DNA from: a phage
Strand: one strand, 5' to 3'
DNA length: 64,000 bases
NCBI GenBank assembly: GCA_036611895.1
Contig: GCA_036611895.1_4766.1
Below, piece after piece: positions 37,592 to 47,899 of this stretch. The notes beneath the pieces are model-generated. The model saw only the letters and a list, made by a program, of their open reading frames with translations, searched no databases and was not told where the DNA came from. Each line of letters starts with the position of its first letter. The first letter of the stretch is position 1. The translations under genes and the position numbers were made by a program.

Positions 37592-37876
37592 TCAGTACCT
37601 TTCCTTATAGATGGGGGTGCTATCATCGAATGATAGGATGTACTTGTCTGTATTAAGATGCCAAGGACTAAAGCTACCCTGCCAGGACATAGGTGTTTCT
37701 GGTTCAAGTAGATGTACTACCGAATTCTTATTGTATAGGAAGAGTAATCCTTGTATCTCATGTAGAGACTGTTCATCTGGAACCAAGATAAGTACATCAG
37801 CATTCAGGTCAGCTATTTCTTTATGGTGGATGTAATTTTCCCCATTAGGCTCTGGATAAATTTTACTGATAACCAT
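37592..37876 (-). CDS. early paralog-family protein
   Basis: Core ILVPDEQSLHEIQGLLFL...HLLEP. Confidence 0.5.
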   Translation of the reverse strand: MVISKIYPEPNGENYIHHKEIADLNADVLILVPDEQSLHEIQGLLFLYNKNSVVHLLEPETPMSWQGSFSPWHLNTDKYILSFDDSTPIYKERY

Positions 37877-38196
37877 TAGAGACTCTCGTCGCTAGATAAA
37901 TATGAGGTAGAAGGGTAGAGGGTAATAAGTCTACCGGTAAGGGTAGTAACTACCGTAGGTTCAGCAGTTGATAAGATATATACTCGTGCAAACTCAGATA
38001 TCTCAACTGATGTATCTATCTTAGTGAATGTAATGGGTATGCCTAACATTAGACATGTACCTATGAACTCATCTGCTTCTTCATTTGGTTCATATAGGAT
38101 AGTAGTTCCATCCATCTTACCATTTAAACAATCTTGTTTAGTTACTTTGCTGCGATAGCAACTTGTACTTAGAGCAACTAATGAGTAGAAGTGCAT
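37876..38196 (-). CDS. early paralog-family protein, divergent member
   Basis: Core TILYEPNEEADEFIGTCLML. Confidence 0.4.
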   Translation of the reverse strand: MHFYSLVALSTSCYRSKVTKQDCLNGKMDGTTILYEPNEEADEFIGTCLMLGIPITFTKIDTSVEISEFARVYILSTAEPTVVTTLTGRLITLYPSTSYLSSDESL

Positions 38197-38199
38197 GGC

Positions 38200-38589
38200 T
38201 TACTTCCTTACATAGTAATAATGGTATTCCTCATTCTCATGACTACTATCCCATTGGTAATCATCAGATACCAACATGAAAGGCAGGGCGTCATATGCAC
38301 TGCTATCGGCATAGACGGAAGGAGGAATGATACATACAACCTTACGATCATTACCTGCTAAGAATAGTTGACCTCTTACTTCATGGTAGTCCTCTAGAGT
38401 AGGAACCAGGATTACATGCTGAGGATTGCTATCTATCACTTCTTCTAAAGTGAAGTCTGTTGTGTACAAGGATTCCCCTTTAATAAAACTGGGGGCGGTC
38501 AGTATGAATTTCATGATGGATTTTCCTTCCTTTAGGAATAGGTCTGAAGTAAACGGAAAGTGTTTTATTAAAGAGGTTATGTTCAACAA
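38200..38589 (-). CDS. early paralog-family protein
   Basis: Core ILVPTLEDYHEVRGQLFL...CIIPP; likely true start is the Met of MKFILTAPSF at 38514. Confidence 0.5.
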   Translation of the reverse strand: MLNITSLIKHFPFTSDLFLKEGKSIMKFILTAPSFIKGESLYTTDFTLEEVIDSNPQHVILVPTLEDYHEVRGQLFLAGNDRKVVCIIPPSVYADSSAYDALPFMLVSDDYQWDSSHENEEYHYYYVRK

Positions 38590-38875
38590 TCATTTCCCAG
38601 CCTGGTACTTTATAGAACCTGACTCCTGGGAAGAATGTTTCGAAGTCTGCATACTCAGTAAGGTCATACACAACTGGTTCAGTAAGTATACGCGTATTGA
38701 TTTGCAGATTACTTAAGAAAAATGAACCAACTATCTCGTGGGATTCTTCGCAGTCTGGTAGGAAGACTATTTGTTTGGATAGGAACTTACTAACTATCTC
38801 TGGTTCCCCTAGGTAGTATGGTTCCTGCTTACGTAGTACACCAGTAATATCAATATCAAAAGCGTAGATGCTCAT
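38480..38875 (-). CDS. early paralog-family protein
   Basis: Core VFLPDCEESHEIVGSFFL...ILTEP. Confidence 0.5.
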   Translation of the reverse strand: MSIYAFDIDITGVLRKQEPYYLGEPEIVSKFLSKQIVFLPDCEESHEIVGSFFLSNLQINTRILTEPVVYDLTEYADFETFFPGVRFYKVPGWEMIVEHNLFNKTLSVYFRPIPKGRKIHHEIHTDRPQFY

Positions 38876-39075
38876 ATTTGCATACCTCCTGAAAAAGAAA
38901 TGGGGTAGAGCCTCTCGACTCTACCCCTTACCGTTTTCTATCACGGGTCAGTTCATCACCCTAGATACATGTGTATCGTTAGCCTACTAGGTAGGAAAGG
39001 AGCCGGGCAACCCTGACTGTAGAAGTTATTAACTCTTTACGAGTACCGCCACTGTCTACTAGGCGGCATGACTAA

Positions 39076-39366
39076 TCACATCGTCACCGTCATCCGAACA
39101 CTGTCTTTGCTTCGCCTGACGGAGACACTATGAGGTAATTTTGTGAAGAACACAAGAGCTGATGGCCCCTTTTCTAAAGAGTAAGTTTCTCTTGGTTCTA
39201 AGATTTTAATGCCCGGACGATTCTCTAAAAGCATCATCCCAGCTAATTCATGGTAGGTATCTTCATTATGGGTAATAATGATATCACCTGAAAGAAAACC
39301 AGCCTTAGTGTGGTCTAGCTCCCTGTATTCATCTTTAGAGCCTGAGACTTTCATATAGATTCTCAA
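39076..39366 (-). CDS. early paralog-family protein
   Basis: Core IIITHNEDTYHELAGMMLL...KILEP; first gene of the minus-strand block. Confidence 0.5.
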   Translation of the reverse strand: MRIYMKVSGSKDEYRELDHTKAGFLSGDIIITHNEDTYHELAGMMLLENRPGIKILEPRETYSLEKGPSALVFFTKLPHSVSVRRSKDSVRMTVTM

Positions 39367-39537
39367 AGGTTACTCCTTTTGGGAATAGGGTCATCGGAAC
39401 AATACATACTATTTAGTATCATGAACTTTTTCTATATCATGACTAAAGTGTAACTGTATGGTATCGTTTCTTCAAGGGGTATCTCACCCCAAGAAAAGAA
39501 TCTTCTTTAATAGACATAACTTTGTAGCGAGATAAGT

Positions 39538-40227
39538 ATGAGTGAACTAACTAAGCAGCAGATTATTAATGCCTTACCTGCTAACTTCAAAAACAGTGTT
39601 ACCCAGGAGTTGGTAGACACGATTAACAACATAACCCAAGACCAACTGGTTGCTGAGTCCTTTCGTGAAAACTTTATCTCCTACTCTGGTGTAATGAAGG
39701 AAGGTAAGTTTAAGACACAGGACTACATGAATGCAGTTCAGTATGTGACTTACAAACATATGGGCTACTCAAATAAGGAAGCCTACTTTAAGACGTTCCC
39801 TAATCGACAAGCAGAACTTGTTGCACGAGGAACCAGTGAGAAAGATATTAGTGCTTATGTATCTGCCTACCACAGGGGTAAGTTAGTTAACCTCATCATG
39901 GAACAAAGTTTGGTTCCAGTGTGGATTGTGAACCAAGACAATTATCAGAAGGCTATCAACGTTCAGGTTGAACTGATGACTACAGCAGCAAGTGAGAAGG
40001 TAAGATGTGATGCAGCTAACTCTATCCTTACTCACTTAGCTAAACCAAAAGATCAGGTAACAAATATCAATCTGGACTTAAGAGAGAACTCCGGATTAAC
40101 TGACCTCAAGGCAACACTTGCTGCATTAGCTGAACAGCAGATTAATGCAATCAATAGTGGTGTACCTACCAAAGAGGTTGCTGGTTCTAAACTAGTACGT
40201 GCAGATGAGGACATTACAGATGTCTGA
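39538..40227 (+). CDS. hypothetical protein (possible small terminase subunit)
   Basis: 229-aa ORF immediately upstream of and overlapping the large terminase. Confidence 0.35.
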   Translation: MSELTKQQIINALPANFKNSVTQELVDTINNITQDQLVAESFRENFISYSGVMKEGKFKTQDYMNAVQYVTYKHMGYSNKEAYFKTFPNRQAELVARGTSEKDISAYVSAYHRGKLVNLIMEQSLVPVWIVNQDNYQKAINVQVELMTTAASEKVRCDAANSILTHLAKPKDQVTNINLDLRENSGLTDLKATLAALAEQQINAINSGVPTKEVAGSKLVRADEDITDV

Positions 40228-41809
40228 GTTAATTAAACAGGAACTGGATGAGTGGCTAGACCAGGTGGATTACTCCCACCTTAATTCTTCTAACTACGTT
40301 CCTAGTCAGTTTGCTCTTACCTTTGCCAACTTTATTAAGTTGGTTAATGGCAAAGAGGGTGAGTCCAACAAAACACCTCCAGTTCACTTGAAGATGCTGG
40401 ATAAGATGATTAGTCCTAACCAGTATGTAGTTAACCTGTGCTTCCGTGGTGCAGGTAAGACTGCTGTGTTCATGGAATACTTTACTTTATTCCTGGCAGT
40501 GTTTGGTCACTTACCAAGCCTGGGTAAAGTAGAAGGAATGATTTACGTATCAGACTCAATGGATAACGGTGCTAAGTCTGCACGTAAGAACATTGAGTTT
40601 CGCTACAAGAATAGTGAGTTCCTTCAGCAATGGATACCTGAAGCTACCTTTACGGATAACCTATTAGAGTTTCGTAATGTAGAAGGGCATCGACTTGGTG
40701 TTAAGTTGTTTGGTGCTAAGACAGGTCTTCGTGGTACGAAGATATATGGTAAACGTCCAACACTTTGTGTACTGGATGACTTGATTAGTGATGGTGATGC
40801 TAACTCCAAGACTAGCATGGAAGCTATTAAGGATACCGTCTATAAAGGTGTGAACCATGCACTTGACCCAACCCGTCGTAAAGTAATCTTCAATGGTACT
40901 CCCTTTAATAAGGAAGATATTATCATTGAAGCTGTTGAGTCTGGTGCATGGGATGTCAACGTATGGCCTGTATGTGAGAAGTTCCCCTGTAGTAGGGAAG
41001 AATTTCAGGGTGCATGGGATGATCGTTTCTCTTACGATTACATTAAAGCCCAATATGACATGGCAGTTAAGACTGGTAAGTTGGCTGGCTTCTATCAGGA
41101 ACTTATGCTCCGTATTAGCTCCGAAGATGAGAGACTGGTTCAGGATAGTGAAATAAGGTGGTATAGCAGACAACAACTGTTAAGGATGAAGTCCTGCTAC
41201 AACTATTATATTACAACCGACTTTGCTACTTCGGAGAAACAGACCAGTGACTACAGTGTCATATCAGTTTGGGCTTATAGTTCTAATGGAGATTGGTTCT
41301 GGGTTGATGGTGTGGCTAATCGTCAGCTTATGGATAAAAACTTTGATGACCTGTTCCGTCTGGTTCAAGAATACCAACCCCAAAATGTTGGAGTCGAAAT
41401 CACAGGACAGCAGGGTGGATTCATCTCACTCCTTCAGAAAGAAATGATTAACCGTAATGTCTTCTTTAACTTTGCATCCTCTGAGGGTGGTAAGCCAGGC
41501 ATACGTCCTGTAACCTCTAAGCTGTCACGCTTTAACCTGGTAGTTCCATGGTTCAAAGCTGGTAAGATGTACTTCCCAGAAGAGTTGAGAGATTCAACTA
41601 TTATGGGTCTGTTCATGGGTCAGATTAAACTAGCTACCATTAATGGAATCAAAGGTAAGGATGACTGTATTGATACTATCTCTATGCTGGGTTATCTCAA
41701 TCCTTGGAAACCACAAGCAGGTATGACTATGGTGGATAACAAGGGCGACCCAATGTGGGATGATGAAGAAGAAGATAGTGTTAACCCATTACGTTCGTAC
41801 ATTGTGTGA
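40220..41809 (+). CDS. terL: terminase large subunit
   Basis: Walker A FRGAGKTAV; C-terminal nuclease-like acidic motifs; track ORF starts at a GTG at 40199, but the ATG at 40220 has a GAGGA RBS. Confidence 0.8.
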   Translation: MSELIKQELDEWLDQVDYSHLNSSNYVPSQFALTFANFIKLVNGKEGESNKTPPVHLKMLDKMISPNQYVVNLCFRGAGKTAVFMEYFTLFLAVFGHLPSLGKVEGMIYVSDSMDNGAKSARKNIEFRYKNSEFLQQWIPEATFTDNLLEFRNVEGHRLGVKLFGAKTGLRGTKIYGKRPTLCVLDDLISDGDANSKTSMEAIKDTVYKGVNHALDPTRRKVIFNGTPFNKEDIIIEAVESGAWDVNVWPVCEKFPCSREEFQGAWDDRFSYDYIKAQYDMAVKTGKLAGFYQELMLRISSEDERLVQDSEIRWYSRQQLLRMKSCYNYYITTDFATSEKQTSDYSVISVWAYSSNGDWFWVDGVANRQLMDKNFDDLFRLVQEYQPQNVGVEITGQQGGFISLLQKEMINRNVFFNFASSEGGKPGIRPVTSKLSRFNLVVPWFKAGKMYFPEELRDSTIMGLFMGQIKLATINGIKGKDDCIDTISMLGYLNPWKPQAGMTMVDNKGDPMWDDEEEDSVNPLRSYIV

Positions 41810-41815
41810 GGAACC

Positions 41816-42526
41816 ATGCAAAAATTATCGGAAGTATATCGAGGCTTGGCACTAAGTACCTTAAAAGGTACTGGTGCAGTCACTGATGACAGATTAGATA
41901 TTGAACCAGATAGTAAGCCTGAAATATTGGCTGCTATTAATGAAGGACTGGTACGACTGCATAGTCGTTTCCCTCTTAGAACTAATAGCTGCATTGTAGA
42001 GATGAAGGAAGGTCGGACTGATTATCCTCTACAATCTAAGTATGCTTACTCCAGATTTACTAAGTCTACGCTTGAGATTCAATATCCATATATCATGGAT
42101 GGGTTCATGAAACCTTTCCAAGATGATGTTATTAAAATCTTAAATGTGTTTGATAACTCAGGGAATCGCCGTAGACTGAACGATGATTCAGACCCTCATG
42201 CAATTTTCACCCCTCGGCCTGATACTATTCAGTGTATGCGTCCTCGACACTTCGAGGCACTTAACGTAACTTATCAAGCTAAGCACCCAGTACTTACGGG
42301 TGATGAAGAACAGGAAGTTGATTTAGCTGATACGCTAATGACGGCACTTCATAACTGGGTGGGTTATCGTTACCACACTGGTTTGAATACTCCGGAAGCT
42401 AATGCTAAGGCAGCAGAGTATCTGCAAACATACGAAAGCATCTGTGGTGAGGTTGTTGATTACGACCTGGCTAATGGAAGTATTTCAATTACCGAAACTA
42501 AATTTGAACAACGAGGATGGCGATGA
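41816..42526 (+). CDS. virion structural protein
   Basis: 236-aa ORF between terminase and tail spike. Confidence 0.4.
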   Translation: MQKLSEVYRGLALSTLKGTGAVTDDRLDIEPDSKPEILAAINEGLVRLHSRFPLRTNSCIVEMKEGRTDYPLQSKYAYSRFTKSTLEIQYPYIMDGFMKPFQDDVIKILNVFDNSGNRRRLNDDSDPHAIFTPRPDTIQCMRPRHFEALNVTYQAKHPVLTGDEEQEVDLADTLMTALHNWVGYRYHTGLNTPEANAKAAEYLQTYESICGEVVDYDLANGSISITETKFEQRGWR

Positions 42527-45210
42527 ACGCACACAACCCTTTTGATGCAAAACAGGATTGGACTAATCCTTACTGCCAGAATAGTTCCAATGACCCAATG
42601 GTGGATGCACTACTTGGTAATGCTTACCATGTGGTTCGTACTGTGTACTGCAACCTGGGTAATCTTAAACTCCTGTATGATTTCCTGAACCAGTATGGAA
42701 TGGTACTTGGTGTACAGTCTGAGGCAGAACTTAAGGCTCTAACCACTGATGCTAAATATGCACGTATCTATGGCTTCTCTCGTGCAGGTGATCGTCAGGT
42801 TACTGACTACCTGTATGTGGAAGGCGACCGTACCGGTATTATTCCAGATGACCCAGAAGCAACTGGTTCGTGGATTACTGTTGCTACTACTGGTTCCAAT
42901 GGGGGTGGTACTTCCTCCAGTGAGGGTGCTTATATCCCTTGGGTATACAGCAATGGTTCTGCTACTGGTGGGGAAACTTCCATTAACGTACCGGATGGGA
43001 CAGTAGGTGTACCCTTTATTATTGTTAATGGTGATATGCAGTATGTAGGGCGAGGTTTTGAGTTTAACGCAGATAACCTTTCCGTAACTCTGGCTCAGCC
43101 TTTGGAAGAAGGTGATGAAGTAGTATTCCTTCTGACTGGAGTTCCTGCTGTACCGGACAATCCCAATGTTAATGACTGGGTTCAGATTAACTGGTTATAC
43201 AACAATGGTGCTGCTGTAGGTGGTGAGCAGGTTATTGCTGTTCCTTATACCTTCCAGTCTATTCCAGCCGTGTATAAGAATGGGCTTCGTTTGTATAAAG
43301 GTTTAGCTTCTGAATCTTATACTGCTGACCCAGATAACCAACGTATTCTTCTTACTGAACCACTGGCAACCAATGACCGATTAATTGTACAGATTGGTGG
43401 TGAAGCACAGGTACTGGAAACATCAGACCATACTCTTCAGGAAGTTGCTCGTGCTACTAACGTTAAGGATAGTGAGGTAATTCTTAGCACTGACACAACT
43501 CAATTCCTAAATGGTAAGAAGATTGTTTACTCTGTTAGTGAGCAGAAGTCCTATAGATTACCTACATTACCTACTAACGTATTTATTTCTTCCGTTAATG
43601 GTAACCAACTAACATACAATCCTGGTGGGATTGTTGTTGACCTGCTCCCTGCACCTAATGATGTAATTCCAGTGGAGAATGAGTTGCAGGCATATAAAAC
43701 GGCTATGGTTACTGATGGAGGAACATTAGTAAATTCTGGCTTATCTGGTGTTTCTTCTGCAATTAAGCGAACCATTGATAGCCATTTTAAAGACTACTAT
43801 AACGTTAAAGATTTTGGTGCTGTTGGAGACGGTGTAACTGATGATACTGAGGCTATTCAATTAGCGGTATCATTCCTTGGAGATTTAACTACTAAAACTA
43901 TGTTTAGTAGACCATCTGTACTGTTTTTCCCTGAGGGTGATTACTTAACCAGTAAGCCCATTATCTTGTGGGATGGTGTTACTTTACGTGGGGCATCTCA
44001 ATCTTCTACAAGGATTCAGATGACTTCTTCTACTAATACTACGGAAGTCACTACTAATTCCCCTGTTAGGAATCTTCCACGTAATGTTAACTGTATTCTT
44101 GCGGTGTTCTCTTCTGGAACAGGTTACCCATATAGAACTACTATCTCTGATATTCAATTGTATGGTATAGCCGGTACAGCTGGAGTAACTACAGGCAAAG
44201 TAGCCTATGCAATCTATGCACCGGAAGCAGCATTTCTAACCGTGGAAAGGGTACGCACTTGGTATACAAACTATGGCATTATGTCATATAACCTGTGGAT
44301 GAGTACTTTTCGAGACTTAGATTTACGCGAACATGCTGAGTGGAGCTTCTTACTATCTAACGATAGTACTGGTAGAGGAGGTTCTACATCTATTTCCCTA
44401 GAACGGGTATATGGTCATACGAGTGAAGGTGGAATTAAACTATATGGGGCCAATTATTCTACATTGTCTTCCTGTGGAGTAGATGCAGCAGGTTCGTCTA
44501 ATCCCTCCGCAGCGGATGCGGCATCTAAAGCCCCATATGTATTTGAAAGTTGCCAGGGTCTTGTAGCCAATTCTTTAGGCGCAGAATCTATTTATACAAG
44601 TCGTTGTATCATTGTTATTGGCGGGCATGTAACCCTTAATGAGCCTGATTTATACGCTTGGCGTGGTGATGTCACTGGGCGGCGTATGTATGGAGTACAT
44701 GTAACGGTAAATGGCAACCTAGTACTTAATGGTGGTAGGTTATATGGAATTCAGTTCAGAGCAACTGATGCTACCGAATGCTTTGCAGTAGTACAGTCGG
44801 ATGGTGTTAATGGGTCTGTTCAATGCAATGGGTCATTAATTTCTGATGCTTCTGTTGACTCTGAAGGTACAGCGATTGGTAATATTTTCTTTGGTTCCCG
44901 TACTTATAGAGGCAGGACTATTCAGCAAGAAGCAGGGATATCTAGATACCAGACTAATACCTTAACCCTTATTGCAAGTGTTACTACTGGTGATTTATTC
45001 TCATCTGGCTTAGATACTACAAGGTATACTGTAATAGATGCTGTAGCTCAAATTCATAGTAATTCCCCTACACTAGACCAGGCAAAGCTAAAAGTGCAGG
45101 TTATGAATGTCAGTGCAAATAGTGCTAGAATTTGGATTATTAATCCAGATGGTACTGCTAACTTCACTGCCCAAACCTTACGTGTAACATTCACATATAG
45201 AGTAAATTAA
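42517..45210 (+). CDS. tail spike with pectate-lyase-like beta-helix domain
   Basis: NVKDFGAVGDGVTDDTEAIQLAV matches the pectate_lyase_3/tailspike signature; 897 aa. Confidence 0.75.
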   Translation: MAMNAHNPFDAKQDWTNPYCQNSSNDPMVDALLGNAYHVVRTVYCNLGNLKLLYDFLNQYGMVLGVQSEAELKALTTDAKYARIYGFSRAGDRQVTDYLYVEGDRTGIIPDDPEATGSWITVATTGSNGGGTSSSEGAYIPWVYSNGSATGGETSINVPDGTVGVPFIIVNGDMQYVGRGFEFNADNLSVTLAQPLEEGDEVVFLLTGVPAVPDNPNVNDWVQINWLYNNGAAVGGEQVIAVPYTFQSIPAVYKNGLRLYKGLASESYTADPDNQRILLTEPLATNDRLIVQIGGEAQVLETSDHTLQEVARATNVKDSEVILSTDTTQFLNGKKIVYSVSEQKSYRLPTLPTNVFISSVNGNQLTYNPGGIVVDLLPAPNDVIPVENELQAYKTAMVTDGGTLVNSGLSGVSSAIKRTIDSHFKDYYNVKDFGAVGDGVTDDTEAIQLAVSFLGDLTTKTMFSRPSVLFFPEGDYLTSKPIILWDGVTLRGASQSSTRIQMTSSTNTTEVTTNSPVRNLPRNVNCILAVFSSGTGYPYRTTISDIQLYGIAGTAGVTTGKVAYAIYAPEAAFLTVERVRTWYTNYGIMSYNLWMSTFRDLDLREHAEWSFLLSNDSTGRGGSTSISLERVYGHTSEGGIKLYGANYSTLSSCGVDAAGSSNPSAADAASKAPYVFESCQGLVANSLGAESIYTSRCIIVIGGHVTLNEPDLYAWRGDVTGRRMYGVHVTVNGNLVLNGGRLYGIQFRATDATECFAVVQSDGVNGSVQCNGSLISDASVDSEGTAIGNIFFGSRTYRGRTIQQEAGISRYQTNTLTLIASVTTGDLFSSGLDTTRYTVIDAVAQIHSNSPTLDQAKLKVQVMNVSANSARIWIINPDGTANFTAQTLRVTFTYRVN

Positions 45211-45216
45211 ACTTTA

Positions 45217-45240
45217 CCCCCCTCTTCGGAGGGGGTTTTA
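45217..45240 (+). terminator. rho-independent terminator
   Basis: CCCCCTC-TTCG-GAGGGGG followed by TTTTA. Confidence 0.6.
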
Positions 45241-45262
45241 CTAGAAAAACAAAGAGGTCGTT

Positions 45263-47320
45263 ATGAACGAGTTATTCTCACAAGGTGGTAAAGGCTCTAC
45301 TGGTATTCTTACCAATAAACAAGCCATTGCTCGTAAGTTCGGTGTTAAGCATAATGAAGTAGTCTACTTTGCTGTAGGTGTAGACTTGGGTGGTTATAAA
45401 GTCATCTATGACAAGTCTACTCAGCGTGCTTATTCTTTACCTGCACTACCGGTAGGAACCACTGCTGTAAGTCTCAATGTACATGCAGTTCTGGTTCATT
45501 CAGCAGGTACAGTTGATTTGGGTGAACTGGCTGCTACACGTAGGGAGTTCGTAAACCTATCCGACTCGTTTGCTACCGGTTTAATCGTGAATACTAGAAA
45601 TGAATTACTATTCCATAATGGTATAGGTTACACCTACTTAGGCACTCTACCTGTAACAATTACCGCAGGAATTAATCCAGTTGGCAACCCCGATTGGAAA
45701 CCTCAGACAGACCCGAATTTTGGGCGGGATGAAGTTAATGATGACATTCGTGCTTACGTTAGAGACGGCGATCCCATCGCCCCAGACTATACTCAAGCAT
45801 TAAAGCGAGCTATAGCAAGTGGTCGTGGTCGTGTTTACATTAATGTACCTGTTGAGATTAAAGAGGATTTGACAATCCCACGTCTTTTCCGGGTAGATGT
45901 AGATAAAAACGGGTATATATACTCAACGACAAATAAAGTTCGTATTGAGGGTTTTATTAACTCAATAGGTGGTGGTGATCCGTATCGCAACTATATCAAA
46001 CAATACGGGGTCAATTCCTCTACCGTCCCGGGCGTGTACATGGCTAACGTAGTGGTCAATATCCCGGAAGACTTCCCTACGATGCAGGCCGCTATAGATG
46101 CCGTACCGGATAACTACTGGCAGTTTATTACCTTGCAGATATCTGATGGAATCTACGACGAAGATTTGGTTATTCGTAATAAGAAGGGTTGCTGCCCTAC
46201 GTTCCCACCAGCTTCTGGTCAGCAGGCAATTCTGGTTATCACTAGTAAGTCTAAAGACAGGTCTAAAGTGAGCTTCCGCTCAGCTCAGGTATTTTCTTGC
46301 GGTGGTACTCCATTCTCTCCTAATCTGGAGAACCTTAACTTCACTAACCGTACGCACAGTGATGAGGATTGTTCTGTAGAATTCTACGGCTGCACTAGTG
46401 GAGCAGTTAATAAGTGCAGCTTTAATGGTGTAGGCGTAGACAAGTGCATCGAAGCATACAACAGCATAATTATCGTAGAAGCGTGCCACTTCGGGGATAA
46501 TATCAACGATAAAGGAATGGTAGTTAAGCATGGCGGTACTATCTTGTCTGCCTCTACTCAGATTGGTGGTATACTGCAACCTATTACTGGAACCTTAAAG
46601 TCCTGGGTAGCAGTAGGTATTGGTGGCACTATCATAGCTAACGACCTCAGTTCTTGTATTGGCAAGGTAGCACAGTCTCGCGTAGATGGCGTGCAGTCAG
46701 GGGTAATAGTTGAAACCGTAAGTAAGAGCATTAACGGAGTAACTAACTTCTTCAGACTAGCTACCACTCGCCACCATACGCAATTCCAGGATTATGACAA
46801 GTTCACTAATACTGTAACTGGTTCGGGTTCCAGTCTTAATTACTACCCTGAAGGGGGGTTAGTGGTTAATGCGGGTACTGCCGGAGGTACTGCCCTGCTT
46901 CGCTATAAAAGAGAACGTCGCCTAGTTCGTCAGCATGAAACCTCTAACTATTTAGGCTTTGCTGTAGCCTGCACAGTCCCCAGTGGAGTGACCGCACTTA
47001 ACTGTCATTTAGTATGTGGCTCAGTGGAAAGTGGCAACTACTTCGGTATCCGTTATATCAATAATGTCGCTCATGGCGTCATCTGCCGGGGAGGAGTAGA
47101 AACTACTACTCCATTAGCTTATAGCACTGAAACTATATGTACATGGACGTGTAAGTATTTAGGTAAGGGTGATGGTCAAGTATTGTTTATGTATGATGAT
47201 GTATATGCTGGGCATATTAATGGCATTAAGCTTGCTTCTTACGATGGCACGTATTTCGAAGCTAACGTAACCAACGCTCGCACGCAACTGTACGAACTTG
47301 AGTTCGTAAGCAGTATGTAA
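45263..47320 (+). CDS. tail fibre/spike protein
   Basis: 685-aa ORF after the first tail spike; Gly/Thr/Asn-rich beta-rich composition. Confidence 0.45.
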   Translation: MNELFSQGGKGSTGILTNKQAIARKFGVKHNEVVYFAVGVDLGGYKVIYDKSTQRAYSLPALPVGTTAVSLNVHAVLVHSAGTVDLGELAATRREFVNLSDSFATGLIVNTRNELLFHNGIGYTYLGTLPVTITAGINPVGNPDWKPQTDPNFGRDEVNDDIRAYVRDGDPIAPDYTQALKRAIASGRGRVYINVPVEIKEDLTIPRLFRVDVDKNGYIYSTTNKVRIEGFINSIGGGDPYRNYIKQYGVNSSTVPGVYMANVVVNIPEDFPTMQAAIDAVPDNYWQFITLQISDGIYDEDLVIRNKKGCCPTFPPASGQQAILVITSKSKDRSKVSFRSAQVFSCGGTPFSPNLENLNFTNRTHSDEDCSVEFYGCTSGAVNKCSFNGVGVDKCIEAYNSIIIVEACHFGDNINDKGMVVKHGGTILSASTQIGGILQPITGTLKSWVAVGIGGTIIANDLSSCIGKVAQSRVDGVQSGVIVETVSKSINGVTNFFRLATTRHHTQFQDYDKFTNTVTGSGSSLNYYPEGGLVVNAGTAGGTALLRYKRERRLVRQHETSNYLGFAVACTVPSGVTALNCHLVCGSVESGNYFGIRYINNVAHGVICRGGVETTTPLAYSTETICTWTCKYLGKGDGQVLFMYDDVYAGHINGIKLASYDGTYFEANVTNARTQLYELEFVSSM

Positions 47321-47328
47321 ATAAAACT

Positions 47329-47356
47329 AAGCCCCCTTAACTGGGGGCTTTTCTTA
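47329..47356 (+). terminator. rho-independent terminator
   Basis: AAGCCCCC-TTAACT-GGGGGCTT followed by TTCTT. Confidence 0.65.
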
Positions 47357-47569
47357 TATAGAGTCTACTGTTTGCATTACCCTAATGGATACTGATGTTA
47401 AGATTATTACTTGCCCAGATATATTAAACATACCCAACTGAATACCATCCACCATGAGTTGATACCAGATACTACGTCTGGATGTATTTCATCATACTAA
47501 GTATTATCTAAGAGTCATCTTATGATATGACCCTATTGGGGATTCTAACTACACAACTACGGTAATATT

Positions 47570-47899
47570 ATGAATGAATCGGGTGAACTACTCCTAGTCA
47601 GACTGGAGGAACGATTGAAGACTCTGTTTGAGAACCAGACAAGGGAAAGGCAGGACCGTGAGAAACTGGAGGAAACTCTGGTAGAACTACGGGATTCAAT
47701 CAATGACATAGGCAATAGGCTGAAAAATGTGGAGGATAGCTTAGCTAAGAATGAACCTACTATTGAAGAGTTCATTACCATTAAGCATAAAGTTGTTGGT
47801 GCTGGGATTTTCGGTAAGTGGGTATGGGCTGGGGCAGGTGCAATTATTGGTGTATTGGCTGCTGCAAGACGGGAGATTTTCACATGGTTCGCAGGCTAA
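47570..47899 (+). CDS. membrane protein with coiled-coil (possible holin/antiholin)
   Basis: N-terminal charged coiled-coil region and C-terminal TM helix (VVGAGIFGKWVWAGAGAIIGVLAAA); sits at the head of the lysis cassette. Confidence 0.35.
   Translation: MNESGELLLVRLEERLKTLFENQTRERQDREKLEETLVELRDSINDIGNRLKNVEDSLAKNEPTIEEFITIKHKVVGAGIFGKWVWAGAGAIIGVLAAARREIFTWFAG

Noticed and set aside
40664-41176. 170-aa minus-strand ORF inside the terminase gene
   Set aside because: Antisense to the terminase large subunit; no RBS; shadow ORF
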